DNA of 64,000 bases from Octopus vulgaris (lineage: Eukaryota), in the NCBI GenBank assembly GCA_951406725.2, contig OX597816.1, positions 139,872,001 through 139,936,000 of the forward strand, in the 5' to 3' direction. How positions within the stretch are numbered: position 1 is the stretch's first letter; each line of letters begins with the position of its first letter. Positions 39,335 to 51,620 of this stretch are shown here, piece by piece. The notes beneath the pieces are model-generated. The model made no database searches. It saw only the letters and a program-made list of their open reading frames with translations, and was not told the origin of the DNA. Made by a program: the position numbers and the translations under genes.

Positions 39335-39770
39335 TACTCTTTTCTCTTTTTTACTCTTTTTTTTTTTTTTTTTTTACTTGTTTCAGTCACTTGACTGCGG
39401 CCATGCTGGAGCACCGCCTTTAGTCGAGCAAATCGACCCCGGGACTTATTCTTTGTAAGCCCAGTACTTATTCTATCGGTCTCTTTTTTTGCCGAACCGC
39501 TAAGTGACGGGGACATAAACACACCAGCATCGGTTGTCAAGCAATGCTAGAGGGACAAACACAGGCACACAAACACACATACACACATATATATATATAC
39601 ATATATACGACAGGCTTCTTTCAGTTTCCGTCTACCAAATCCACTCACAAGGCATTGGTCGGCCCGAGGTTATAGCAGAAGACACTTGCCCAAGATGCCA
39701 CGCAGTGGGACTGAACCCGGAACCATGTGGTTGGTTAGCAAGCTACTTACCACACAGCCACTCCTGCGCC
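39335..39770 (-). mobile_element. SINE A, full length, young
   Basis: Near-consensus copy. Confidence 0.92.
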
Positions 39771-39782
39771 TTTATATATATA

Positions 39783-39975
39783 AAGGAATACAAAAAATGG
39801 GACAAGAACGCAAAACATCCAGACAGATGATACAAAAAAGGGACAAGAAATAACAAGGACGGGTCATTCGAAGTTTTCCTTCCTCAGCCGAGTTCCACAT
39901 TATCTTTGCAATTTCGGCTGGTTATACTCGAGATTGGTGAATGACCCGTCCTTGTTCCATTTTTGTATTCCTTTT
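39783..39975. mobile_element. Penelope-like terminal fragment with partial inverted duplication
   Basis: Inverted pairs aacaaggacgggtcattc / gaatgacccgtccttgtt and ggaatacaaaaaatgg / ccatttttgtattcc. ctgagga-agg...ttcgaa on - strand. Flanked by (TA)n. Confidence 0.5.
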
Positions 39976-40023
39976 TATATACATATGGCAGCGTGTACGT
40001 ACACTTTGGTCTCTTATATAAAC

Positions 40024-40055
<32 letters not shown>

Positions 40056-40681
40056 GTATGTGTGTGTATTTAAATATATGACGGGCTTCCATAGAGTTTC
40101 TGTCTACCAAATTTACCCGAAAGGCATTGGTTGACCCCGGGGCTATGGTAGAAGATATTTGTCATTGGTGCTGCACAGTGGGACTGGATCTGAAATCGCG
40201 TAGTTGCAAAGCGAATTTCCTCAAATATATCGCAACCTCACCATGGCACATGGCGAGGTGGTAGGTATTGACATTTGTCGCTTACTTGTAAGCTCTAAAA
40301 TCTCCGAAAGGGCAGTGCCACTCAGGTCAAGAATCACTGGTTTAGAGGAAACTTAATGTTTTTTTTTTCTTTGAATAATCAAGAACAGGAGTGAAAAAAC
40401 AATTAATCGTTGTTTAAGCATTAAACCCCAGTGAGATTTCATCAAGCAGGCCTATCAACGGTAGAAGACTAATTCAGTCCTAGCGGCACCACTTAGGCGA
40501 AGCGTACAGGCTATGGTGAAATTCTGGTGACCCTGAAGTATCTACTGGTGATACGAAAATTTTCCAATATTACTAGATTTAGAAGAAGACCTTGCAAAAC
40601 TCCTGAGTAGCTCGCGCAGTTTCTGGATGGGACAAAGCATCTCCGACTTTTACTTCATTCGAGATATTTTATAGTCTAGCC

Positions 40682-41128
40682 CAGTGTTTCCCAACCATTT
40701 TTCTGGTGCCCCGCTTCTTAACAACAAATTTTCCGGTGTTCCACTTTTTAAAAAAAATGTGGTACCCATCAGCACTTTTTTTTTAACATAGAAACACGAT
40801 CTTCAATTCAATTACCTAGCTGACGAATGCCTCGACTCAATAGTGAGAGGAGTTCTCTACTGCTTTAATAAACGCTTGACACTGGAAAATAGATATTGAA
40901 ACAGAGAAACAAACGCCTAACAAATGCAGATACCTCACTCGGTACGCTGATTGGTCGTAGCTACATCGATTCCCATGGTTTAAGTATAAATATTGCATGG
41001 CGATGTTTCTTTTTCCATTTCAATGTCCCAAGATAGGCTTAGGGTCGACAAGCGTGTGCTCAAGTCATTTGCAAAAATTTTCGCATGCCCCACTCCAATT
41101 TTTCCACGCCCCACGTTGGGAAACACTG
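40682..41128. mobile_element. hAT (Charlie/Buster-type) MITE
   Basis: 14-bp TIR cagtgtttcccaac / gttgggaaacactg. TSD gtctagcc / gtctaacc. Confidence 0.88.
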
Positions 41129-41294
41129 GTCTAACCATTAACATCTCCCACTGTTTTTGGGGTTTTTTTTCAGACTACACTATTCTCTTTGACTTTGTAG
41201 ATTCAGTTAGGTTTGATAGCTATTTCTAGTATGCTGAATGACAACTTAAATATTTACTTCCTCATTATCTCCGAATTTTATATTCCGTTTTGAT

Positions 41295-41905
41295 GCGCAA
41301 GCATAGCTGTGTGGTTAAGAAGCTTACTTTGAAATCACATGATTTCGGGTTCAGTCCCACTGCAAGGAACCTTGAACAAGTGTCTCCTGCTGCAGCCCCA
41401 GACCGACCAATGTCATGTAAGTGAATTTTGCAGATGGAAACTGTGGAAGCCCATCATGTGTGTGTATGTATGTGTGTGTGTGCGTGCATGTGTGTAGTGT
41501 GTACGTGCGCGTCTTTGTGTTTCGCCCCTTGCCTGCTTGATCACTGGTATTGGTTAGTTTGTGTTCCCGAAGCTTAGCCGTTCAGCAAAAGAGGCCAATA
41601 GAATAAGTAACCAGACTTAAGATAAATATCGGGGTCGATTTGTTCGAGTAAAACCCTTCAAGGCAGTGCCCCAGTATGGCCGTAGTCCAATTACTTACAC
41701 AAGTAAGGCATAAAAGATAAATAAACTAGGATCAAAACTGAATACGTATTTACATTTGTATCATATATATATGCACGTGTTGAGATCGACTTTGCCTTTC
41801 ATCCTTTCGGGGTCGATAAACTAAGTACCAGTGAAACACAGAGGTCGATGTAATTGACTAGTCCCCTCCCACAAAATTTCAGGCCTTGTGCCTATAGCAG
41901 AAATG
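41295..41905 (+). mobile_element. Diverged SINE A (41295-41720) and 5'-truncated SINE B (41780-41905)
   Basis: Family-specific blocks present. Confidence 0.8.
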
Positions 41906-41943
41906 ATTACTTTATTTTATTTTAATTTTGATTTAAACAAGTA

Positions 41944-42415
41944 CAGTAATCCCTCGGCTATCGCGGGTGTTACGTTCCAAAAAGAAAAAAAAAAAAAACC
42001 GCGATAGGCGAAAATCCGCGAAGCAGAAATAGTATTGTATATTTTTGTATCATTATTATAATTTGTATATATTATTTAATTATAAATGCAAAACAACACC
42101 ACACACTCCTGAGTTTCGCTTTCCATACAGTATGTGCGAGTGTTTGTACACTCATCTACGGTACACTACGTATTTTCTTTTAATATATTTTAATTAATGT
42201 GTTATACAGTACAGTACTGTATTTTTATTTATTAATTTATTAATTTTTAGGCGTGAAAATACTTATTTTACCACAGAAATAATTAAAACAAAAAAAAATA
42301 TAAATACCTATCCGACCGCAGAAACCCGCGATATAAATTTAAATATATTAGCCAGAAAAATCCGCGATGTACTGAGGGCGCGATAGGCGAACTGCAATAT
42401 GGTGAGTGATAACTG
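41944..42415. mobile_element. Tigger/pogo-like MITE
   Basis: TA|cagtaatccctcg ... tgagtgataactg|TA, with subterminal cgcgataggcgaa repeats. Confidence 0.8.
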
Positions 42416-43070
42416 TAATTTTGTGGGAGACTTATAAAGCATATAGGGAAAGCCAAGTATAGATAATTTTCTTCTCGGACGGTAGGCTTACTGCGACAAG
42501 GAAAGAAAGAAAGATGGCAGCGGAAGGAGGTACAAATTGAGACCTATTGGTGAATAAGCAATAGGACATCAGCTATCAACAAAGAAGAAATCAGATGTCA
42601 GAGATGTCGATAGAAATGAAGATAAGGAGAAGGAGAGTTTGATAAATAATTCTTCGTTTAGGGAGATAAAATATGATTTAGTTTTTCTCAATGTTTTAAG
42701 TGCAGCGCCGCCACCCGCAGATAAACTACTGAGAAAATGGCAGTCAGGCGGCGGCCTCTTGTATCACTGTTGCCATAAATCTATCGTTCTGATGACAACA
42801 GGGATCTTTCAGGTTTTTTTTTTTTTTTACAGGGGTTACGTTTTATGTTTTCTATTTATTCATTTTATGTTTTTTTTTTTATGTATAATTTCTTATTGGT
42901 TTTGATGTTTGATGTTTGATGCTTTTACTTTTCTTTTCTGAAAAAATACACAGAAACCGTCGAATAGCCGCTGGCGCCACACTAATGTTTTACAGCGCGT
43001 ATTCACATAAACAGGTAAATACACATACACGAAACACACATACACGCGTGTGTAGCAACCAAGCATTATA

Positions 43071-43143
<73 letters not shown>

Positions 43144-43239
43144 CGTGCGTATAGAACCAGACACACATGCACACACACAAAAAAACACATACACACACAT
43201 ATATATACATGTATGTATGTGTGCGTGTATATTTATATA

Positions 43240-43507
43240 TTCTTTTATTTTATTCTTTTACTTGTTTCAGACATTTGACTGCGGCCACGCTGGAGTACCC
43301 GCCTTTAGTCGAGCAGATCGTCCCAGGACTCATTCTTTGTAAGCCTTGTACTTATTCTATCGGTCCCTTTTTGCCGAACTGCTATCTTACGGGGACAAGC
43401 GATGTTGGACGGTGGGGACAAACATAGATACACAAACGCACACACACACACACACACACTCACTCACATATATGTATATATATATATATATACATACATA
43501 CATACAT

Positions 43508-43569
<62 letters not shown>

Positions 43570-43790
43570 CGGGCTTCTTTCGGTTTCGGTCTACCAAATT
43601 CGCTCACAAGGGTTTGGTTGGCCTGAGGCTATAGTAGAAGACACCTGCCCAAGGTGCCACACAGTGGGACTGAACCTGGAAACATGTGGTTGGGAAGCAA
43701 GATTTGTACCATGCAGCCACTCCTGCACCTTATTTTATTCTTTTATTTGTTTTATTCTTTTATTTGTTTCAGTCATTTGACTGCGGCCAA
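43240..43790 (-). mobile_element. SINE A plus an extra 3' fragment
   Basis: Family blocks with an expanded internal microsatellite. Confidence 0.85.
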
Positions 43791-43794
43791 GCTT

Positions 43795-43829
<35 letters not shown>

Positions 43830-43863
43830 ATATACACAAACAAAGGGCTGGAGGTGTAGGCAA

Positions 43864-43953
<90 letters not shown>

Positions 43954-44212
43954 TGATAGATAGATAGAAAGGCAGATAGATATAGGTAAACAGTCAGACA
44001 GGAAGCCAGACAGACAAACAAGTATGTGTGTGTGTGTGTCTTTGTGTGTGAAGATAAGTCCACACACACATGATAACTCTTCACTGATTCAGGAAGTATG
44101 ACTCAGTTTTGGAATACATTCATGCATACATATATAGACTTTTGTGTGTGTGCGTGTGTGGGAGTGTGTGTATTTATGTGTGCATATATATATATATATG
44201 TGTATGTGTGTA

Positions 44213-44276
<64 letters not shown>

Positions 44277-44277
<1 letters not shown>

Positions 44278-44482
44278 CCGCGTGTATATCGTTGGCGATT
44301 TTTTCCTCCGTCTTCCCTTCCTTGAATCTTTCCTTTTCCTATGTTTCTGACGAAGAACTCCGCTCGAAACGTTAAATCCTCCTTCTTTCTTTCCTTTCCT
44401 GAGCATCCAATAACACTATACTTGTTCCACATCCTCGCTTTGTTGTGTTTTCTCTTTGTGTTTTCATGTTTGGATTAACTTT
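44277..44482 (+). mobile_element. Short Penelope/retrozyme-like repeat with a minimal hammerhead motif (44344-44376)
   Basis: ttt-CTGACGA-a-gaac-tcc-gctc-GAAACGTT-aaa. Same architecture as 28123-28315 (downstream ttcc(c/t)gagcat...actaat/aataacact). Confidence 0.62.
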
Positions 44483-45259
44483 ATATGCATACATATATAT
44501 ATGCTCACATATGTCTATACATACACACATATGCAGGCTAGCTTAGGCAAGTGTCTTTTACTATAGTCTCGGGCCGAACAAACCCTTGAGGATCTGGCAG
44601 ACGGGAATTGAAAGAAACCTGTCGTATATACATATGTGTAAGTGTGTACGTGCGTGCGTGCATATGTGTACGTGTGGACGTGCGTGCGCGCGCGCGCGCG
44701 CGTGTGTGTGTGTGTGTAAGCACAGGTAGTGTCTGCGTGGTTAAGAGGTCCGCATTCCAGCCCCGTGGTTTTGGGTACATTCCATCTACATGTCGCCTAG
44801 TTCCAGTGGTAATATCTGTTATTATAGCCCTGGTCCAACCAAGGCCTTATTAATGAACTTGGTTGACAGAAACTTTGTGGAAGCCCATCGTATATGTATG
44901 TGTATGTATATATATATATGTATATGTGTGTGTGTGTTACGAAAATAGTGGGTAACGCGTAGAAAATGTCTTGAAGGATGGAGAATGGAGAGACAGAAAA
45001 TGTGTGACTGGTCAGCTACGGGACCAGTGTAAGAAAGGAAGTAGTGCTGAATGCGTTTCTGCTTTGTATCTTCTGTGGTATTGAAAAGAATGAACTGAGC
45101 TGCAACTTTAACAATATCTTCCACTTCTGAAACCTCTATCTCGCTTCTCTTCTAAAAGCTCTTCAACTTAACTCTCTATCTCTCGTTCGTTCCCTAAAGG
45201 CAGGTGTTGTCTATGCTTCGGTGGGCAGTAAAGGTTCCTACAAGGAAGTCGCGGGTCTG

Positions 45260-45442
45260 ATACTCTTTACTCTTTTACTTGTTTCAGTCATTTGACTGCG
45301 GCCATGCTGGAGCACCGCCTTTAATCGAGTAACTCGACCCCGGGACTTATTCTTTGTAAGCCCAGTACTTATTTTATCGGTCTCTTTTGCCGAACCGCTA
45401 AGTTACGGGAACATAAACATACCAGCAATGCTAGGGGGACAA

Positions 45443-45531
<89 letters not shown>

Positions 45532-45696
45532 TACGACGGGCTTCTTTCAGTTTCCGTCTACCAAATCCACTCACAAGGCTTTGGTCGGCCCGAGGCTATA
45601 GAAGAAGACACTTGCCCAAGGTGCCACGAAGTGGGACTGAACCCGGAGCAATGTGGTTGGTAAACAAGCTACTTACCACACAGCCACTCCTGCGCC
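45260..45696 (-). mobile_element. SINE A, full length, young
   Basis: Near-consensus copy. Confidence 0.92.
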
Positions 45697-47744
45697 TTAC
45701 ATGTACGATACTTGTCCAAGTCATCTCGTATTTGAGATATATATATATACTGGGGGTTCAATGTTGTTGGTATTATTTCAACGAAGGGATTGTGTGCATA
45801 ATTCTATCTCACTGAGTAACTAGAAGGCTCTTCTAAACGTACTAAATTTTAAAGACCTCTGACGTCTCAATCTGTCGGCTATACTCACCCCATACTGTAA
45901 AGTGGGAACGCAGACTGTATAGAGGTTTGGAATGAAGCCCACATTTTTCTCTGAGTATTTCAATGGATATAGTAGTCTATCTGGGGTGGTTTAGAATCTC
46001 AACACTAGTACTCCATCGTTGGAAATACTATTTCCTGAGCATCTGTTTGGTTAGTCGCTGAAGTGCAGAAAAACTACATTTTAGATAACACCGTGTCTGG
46101 GTAAGAGAACATACTTGTATAAGGGAACATATACGAACATACATGAGTGTGAGTGTGTGTGTGTGTTTGTGTGTGTGTATGTGTGTGTTTGTGTATGTGT
46201 GTGTTTGTGTGTGTGCACGTGCGTGCATATATATATATGCATAAGCATATATCCATATGTTTATGTCTACGTTTGTATGTGTGTATGTACGTATGTATGT
46301 AAACCTTATAGTTAACATAGAGAAAACACTTATTTTCTCCAAAATTCTGTGTTCACTGTGTTTCTTATAGGTTCAGAATAAGAATGGTGTGTGCAATGTT
46401 GTCTTCTCTTTTTAATTTCTATGAGAGCGTTTTTTGGACTATGCATTATGTTGTATCTTTACCTTTAGACTAAAAACCAGTTCGAGTTTTAATGAATGTA
46501 ATTGTGTAAACACACGCGCGCGCACGCGCACTTACACACACACTTGTATATTTGTGATGATGATATGCTATTTAGTAGAAGTTGTTTTTGCTGTTTCTGT
46601 TGCCGTCGTTACCCTATTCTACGCGCTAAGAACGTTGTTGGCAGCTATAGAGTCTAATAAAGAAGTGAATAAGAAGAGAATGGTACTACTTGCATTTACG
46701 TCTCTTGTTATATTTTCTCTATTTCTCTCTTTATTTTCTCGTGTGTTTTCGGAATACGTTCAACTGAGTGGCTGGTACTTTGTTATCTATTTGTGTGTAA
46801 AAAGTTTTGTTGTTCTTTTTTTTTACTTTTCCTGAGAAGCACCTACTTTTTAATGTTCTGTTTATATTTGTTTTTGGAATTCATCGCTGAAGACTTATTT
46901 TTTCAAGATTGATGTTGATCTGCGTGTTGATTTCTGACCATTTTTTTTTTTATCAATCGCCCAGTGTTACAACAGAGTCTATCTCATATCTTTTGTGGCA
47001 TATTGACTTACGAATTGAATTTTTTCGAAGTATTTTTTTTTTTTGTCACTTGGGGAAGATTGGCTGAATTTTTAGCAGAAGCATCTTTCTAAGTTTCATT
47101 TCATAGCACATTTCAGTAAGTCGTCACAGTAGACGCCTTAAAACTTACAAAAACTTATGCATTCATTGAATTGATACTAGAAACAACTCTCCGGTACAAA
47201 TAAGATGCACAAACAAACTACAGCACTATAGATGCAAACATTCAAGATAAAAGAAGCAGTAACAAAATACTCTGTGCGTAGTAAAGTATTCATGCGAATA
47301 GTAAGCTTATCAATTGTCCAACAATGTTACACATCCAGCTACAATGCATAAGCCCACTTTTGAGGCTGCAATGCACACACGAAAAAAGAAGAAAAACATA
47401 ACACCTTGTACTAAGATTTATATGGCTCTCACCATACCGAATAAACACAACTAATCATTTATGCCGTTATACTTCCACGATAATCAGCTACAACCAACAC
47501 AGACGCCAAACTGTCACAGCAACTAGCAACGGTGACCCCGAAAACCCAACTCCTCCTTTCAGTTCCCAAAACTTCTACCATCAACCCTCCATTAAATTAC
47601 AACCAACCATATCATAAAAGGGAGGTCACTCTGAATAACGTAATTTCAAATACCAATGTGCATGAGAAAGAAAGATGGGATGATCATTACAGGATTGCCT
47701 TTGATCATGTGTTTGCTTGATCAAGGCTGACTAATGGTTACAAC

Positions 47745-47829
47745 AGGGGACGTAAACACACCAGTATCGGTTGTCAAGCAATGGTGGTGGGCACAAAGGT
47801 GGGCACAAACACAAACACACAAATACACG

Positions 47830-47896
<67 letters not shown>

Positions 47897-47968
47897 ACGC
47901 AGTGGGACTGAGCCCGGAACCATGTAGTTGGTAAGCAAGGTTCCTACCACACAGCCACTCCTGCACCT
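47745..47968 (-). mobile_element. SINE A with an internal deletion
   Basis: Head at 47897-47968 joined through (CA)n to ggacgtaaacacaccag. Confidence 0.75.
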
Positions 47969-48328
47969 ACATAAGTAAGTTCTAAGTGAAATGAACAGGG
48001 ACGCCTGCTTACAACTTATAAAATGAGAAGACTGAATGGACACAAAAACAACATAGATTAGTTGGGTTTTTTTTCTTTTACACAAAATAGAAAATTTGTA
48101 TGTGCATAGATTAACTTAACACGCAGAGACACGTATATTATTGAAATATCTGCTAAGCTGGTGGCGAAATTCTGATGATATTCACTCGACAACTGATGAA
48201 CGTTTTCAATGTGTTAAGGTCCGTTGGTTTTGCGCTTCCGTTTTCTAATTCTATTTACAAATTATTTGTCGCAACCCTGCGGCACTTCATTGAAAATTAT
48301 TTATGTACACAACACGCGCACACACGCA

Positions 48329-48412
<84 letters not shown>

Positions 48413-48979
48413 ACACGCACACACACACATACATACACATATATAAACAAAACGCATATATAAACAGAACGATGAATATATATATATATAGTCTTTCTTT
48501 CCTCTCTCAGTATGTATGCGTGTGCGTGTGCATGTATGTATGTATGTATGTATGTATTTATGTATGTATGTATGTATGTATGCATGTATGTATGTATGTA
48601 TGTATGTATACATCTGCCAAGATATTAATGGGCAAAATGATGTAGAAAACTGACCCTTTTAGACTTTAGAGTTTAGCACAAATGGCTGTAGCAACGCCTT
48701 TTGTGATTGGTGACCTGTCACGGTTGACCAAAGATTTGAATAAATTTTGCTGTGACTCTGATTATGGAGCTAGCTTAACACAAAATAAAGATTTGATTTG
48801 AAAAAATTAATTGGGCAAGAAACATTACTTGAAGGTGAAGTTAACTTTGACGGGTTTGGTAAAGAGATGTATATAGGAGATTATCATTCACCTCTATATG
48901 TTGTTTCACTTTTAGTCAGTTCTGAACTTTCATGCTCTACCCCACTCTCACTCTCATTCCCTCTATATCTCTCCCTCCC

Positions 48980-49020
<41 letters not shown>

Positions 49021-49056
49021 TCTAACTTTTTGCCCTATGTTATTATCATTATATCC

Positions 49057-49089
<33 letters not shown>

Positions 49090-49096
<7 letters not shown>

Positions 49097-49596
49097 AATA
49101 AAATATATTAAATATATGCATATATATAAACATATATGTACGTACCTACCTCTACATGTACATATACACGCATATATGTGTACAGGACACCAAAAAGACG
49201 TCGAACACATAGAGAGACGAAAAACATAGACACAAACCAAGGAACAAGACAGGCAAAAAAAGAGAGATACAGGACAATAAGCACAACGAAAAATCCCCTT
49301 CTTCAGTCGCTAAAGTTTCATCTACTAAACGTTTCGAAGGATATATATATGTTAATAAAATAGAACATATGCATATATATAAACATATATGTACGTACCT
49401 ACCTCTACATGTACATATACACGCATATATGTGTACCGGACACCAAAAAGACGTCGAACACATAGAGAGACGAAAAACATAGACACAAACCAAGGAACAA
49501 GACAAGCAAAAAAAGAGAGATACAGGACAATAAGCACAACGAAAAATCCCCTTCTTCAGTCGCTAAGGTTTCATCTACTAAACGTTTCGAAGGATA
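49090..49596. repeat. Direct tandem duplication, period about 253 bp, of a Penelope-like terminal segment
   Basis: cgtacctacctctac at 49141 and 49394; both units end with aaacgtttcgaaggata. Confidence 0.9.
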
Positions 49597-50371
49597 AAAG
49601 CGAGACGTATACTTCGAAGAAAACTTCCTTCCTGCGAAAAGCAAATCAATTAAAATTCTGAGATCTTTTCGCAGAGGGGTAAAAAAAGCAAGACGGTAAC
49701 GACAGTACAAACATATAAACAGTAAAAAATATATATATAAACAGTGGAAAAATAAATATATAACAGTGAGAGACAGGACAAGGAGAACAAGATAAGAAGG
49801 GCTGTTAACGCCAGACGAAAAAAGTATTGCAAACGCTGGATTATAGTGGACGACGAGAGAGAAAGAATGTCGACCAGTAGCCTTAGCAGGCGGGCGAGAA
49901 AAGACAGGATAGCAGTTACGACGGAAGTATCGTCGCAGATGGACGACGGGAATGGGGGAGGAGGAGCAAGAGGAAGAGAGAGAAGAAGGGGAATGGTGCG
50001 AGGAGACCATGAAGAACGGTGAGGGGGAGAGAGAGAGGAAGAGACAAGTTAAGTGAGGGAAAAAAGACGAAAAAGGGAATGGGAGAGAAAGAAAGAAAGA
50101 TGCAGAGTCGCGTGAGATATATATATCCCCCCACCAAAGAAAAATAACGAAGAAAAAACAATATGAAAAAAGAACAACACGCGGACGTGGTACATGCAAA
50201 GTATTAGCAAACGTTCAGGGAAGGAAAGATAGGTAGTTTTATATTTCGAGCAAAAATCTTCTTCAGGAATAGGAGATAGAAGAAAGTCCAAGAGAATATA
50301 TATATATATATATGTGTATGTGTGTGTGTGTGTGTGTGTGCGTGCGTGCGTGTGTGTGTGTGTGTGCGTGC

Positions 50372-50436
<65 letters not shown>

Positions 50437-50496
50437 ATGTGTTTAATTTGCCCACTCAAACACACACACACACATCTATGTATATTATTCAAAACT

Positions 50497-50647
50497 GTTT
50501 GATTCGGATTTCGTACTACTTCATGTTTCGAACGCCCTAACAGAGCCTTCCTCGTCAGGCTGGTAATAATCCGATTATTACCAGCTTGACGCGAAAGGCT
50601 CCGTCAGGGCCTTCGAAACTTGAAGCGGCACGAAATCCGAATCAAAC
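50497..50647. repeat. 151-bp imperfect palindrome with a hammerhead-like core in each arm
   Basis: gtttgattcggatttcgt...ctggtaataatc-c-gattattaccag...acgaaatccgaatcaaac, centred at 50572. Confidence 0.9.
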
Positions 50648-50726
50648 CATCTTCAGTAATTCCCAAAAACCCAATACATGTAACTCCCAATAAATGCATA
50701 GAGTGGTCTTTCTTTCGTTTGTCTAC

Positions 50727-50787
<61 letters not shown>

Positions 50788-50788
<1 letters not shown>

Positions 50789-51160
50789 TTACGTTCTGAG
50801 TTCAAACGCTGCCGAGGTTGACTTTGACTTTCATTTTTTCGGTATCACTGTCAATAAAATAAGTACTAGTCTAGTTCTAGTGTTGGTGTAATCTACTTAC
50901 TCCTCCCCCTATATTATTGGTCTTGTACCAAAATTTGAAACCGTAGTTTTTATTGCTGTTATTAATGCTGTTGTTGTTGTTGTTCTTCTTCTTCTTCTTC
51001 TTCTTCTTCTTTGTTTTTGATCCTTTCGGGGCTAACAAAGTCGACTTTGTTTTTGATCCTTTAGGGCTAACGAAATAAGTACCAGTTAAGACCTGGAGTC
51101 AATGTAATCGACTAGCGCCCTCCCTATACCCATAATTTCAGGCCTTGTGACTATAGCCGA
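50788..51160 (+). mobile_element. Two diverged SINE B fragments
   Basis: ttacgttctgagttcaaa...aataagtac blocks. Confidence 0.7.
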
Positions 51161-51191
51161 AATTTCATCACTTCGTCATACTTTAGTGAGT

Positions 51192-51620
51192 AAATCCTTA
51201 AAATCCTTAAAAATGTTTTAGCCCGAAGGCCGCGGTCATGCTGGGGCACCACCGCTGAATGAGCTACACTAATATGTGAATCCACCTCTGATATGTGGCC
51301 CTTGATCAACAAGGGAGTTCGATGCTGCTGCCCGCATCTGCGTCTCCTGTCGTGAGGTAGGTTCATCTGGGACTCCCGACAAGAAGAGGTCCAGTTTAGT
51401 TTTAAAGAAACCCACATCCACACCATATAAGTCTCTCAGGCATTTAGGGTGGATGTTAAAGAGCTGTGGTCCTCTGAAACCGATGGTGATGTTGGAATCT
51501 TTTGCACCATGCAGTGGCGCCCCGTTCTGCGGTTGGGGTAACTTTGAATGCCAAAGTTTGGGACAAGGCCCTCCTGGATTTTACAGATGTATATCACCGC
51601 ATATCTCTCCCGCCTCCGCT
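51192..51620 (-). mobile_element. CR1/L2-group LINE 3' end
   Basis: RRRERYAVIYICKIQEGLVPNFG...RTGRHC...GFRGPQLFN..PKCLR...FKTKLDLFLSGVPDEP...SNSL, then a 3' UTR with ggtgccccagcatgaccgc and an (aaggattt)n tail. Confidence 0.82.

Noticed and set aside
46350-46420. Possible splice acceptor tgtttcttatag|gttcag
   Set aside because: No matching donor or coding frame could be supported without transcript data.
49405-50199. 264-aa ORF on - strand
   Set aside because: It spans a repeat end and CT-rich low-complexity DNA; no recognisable domain.
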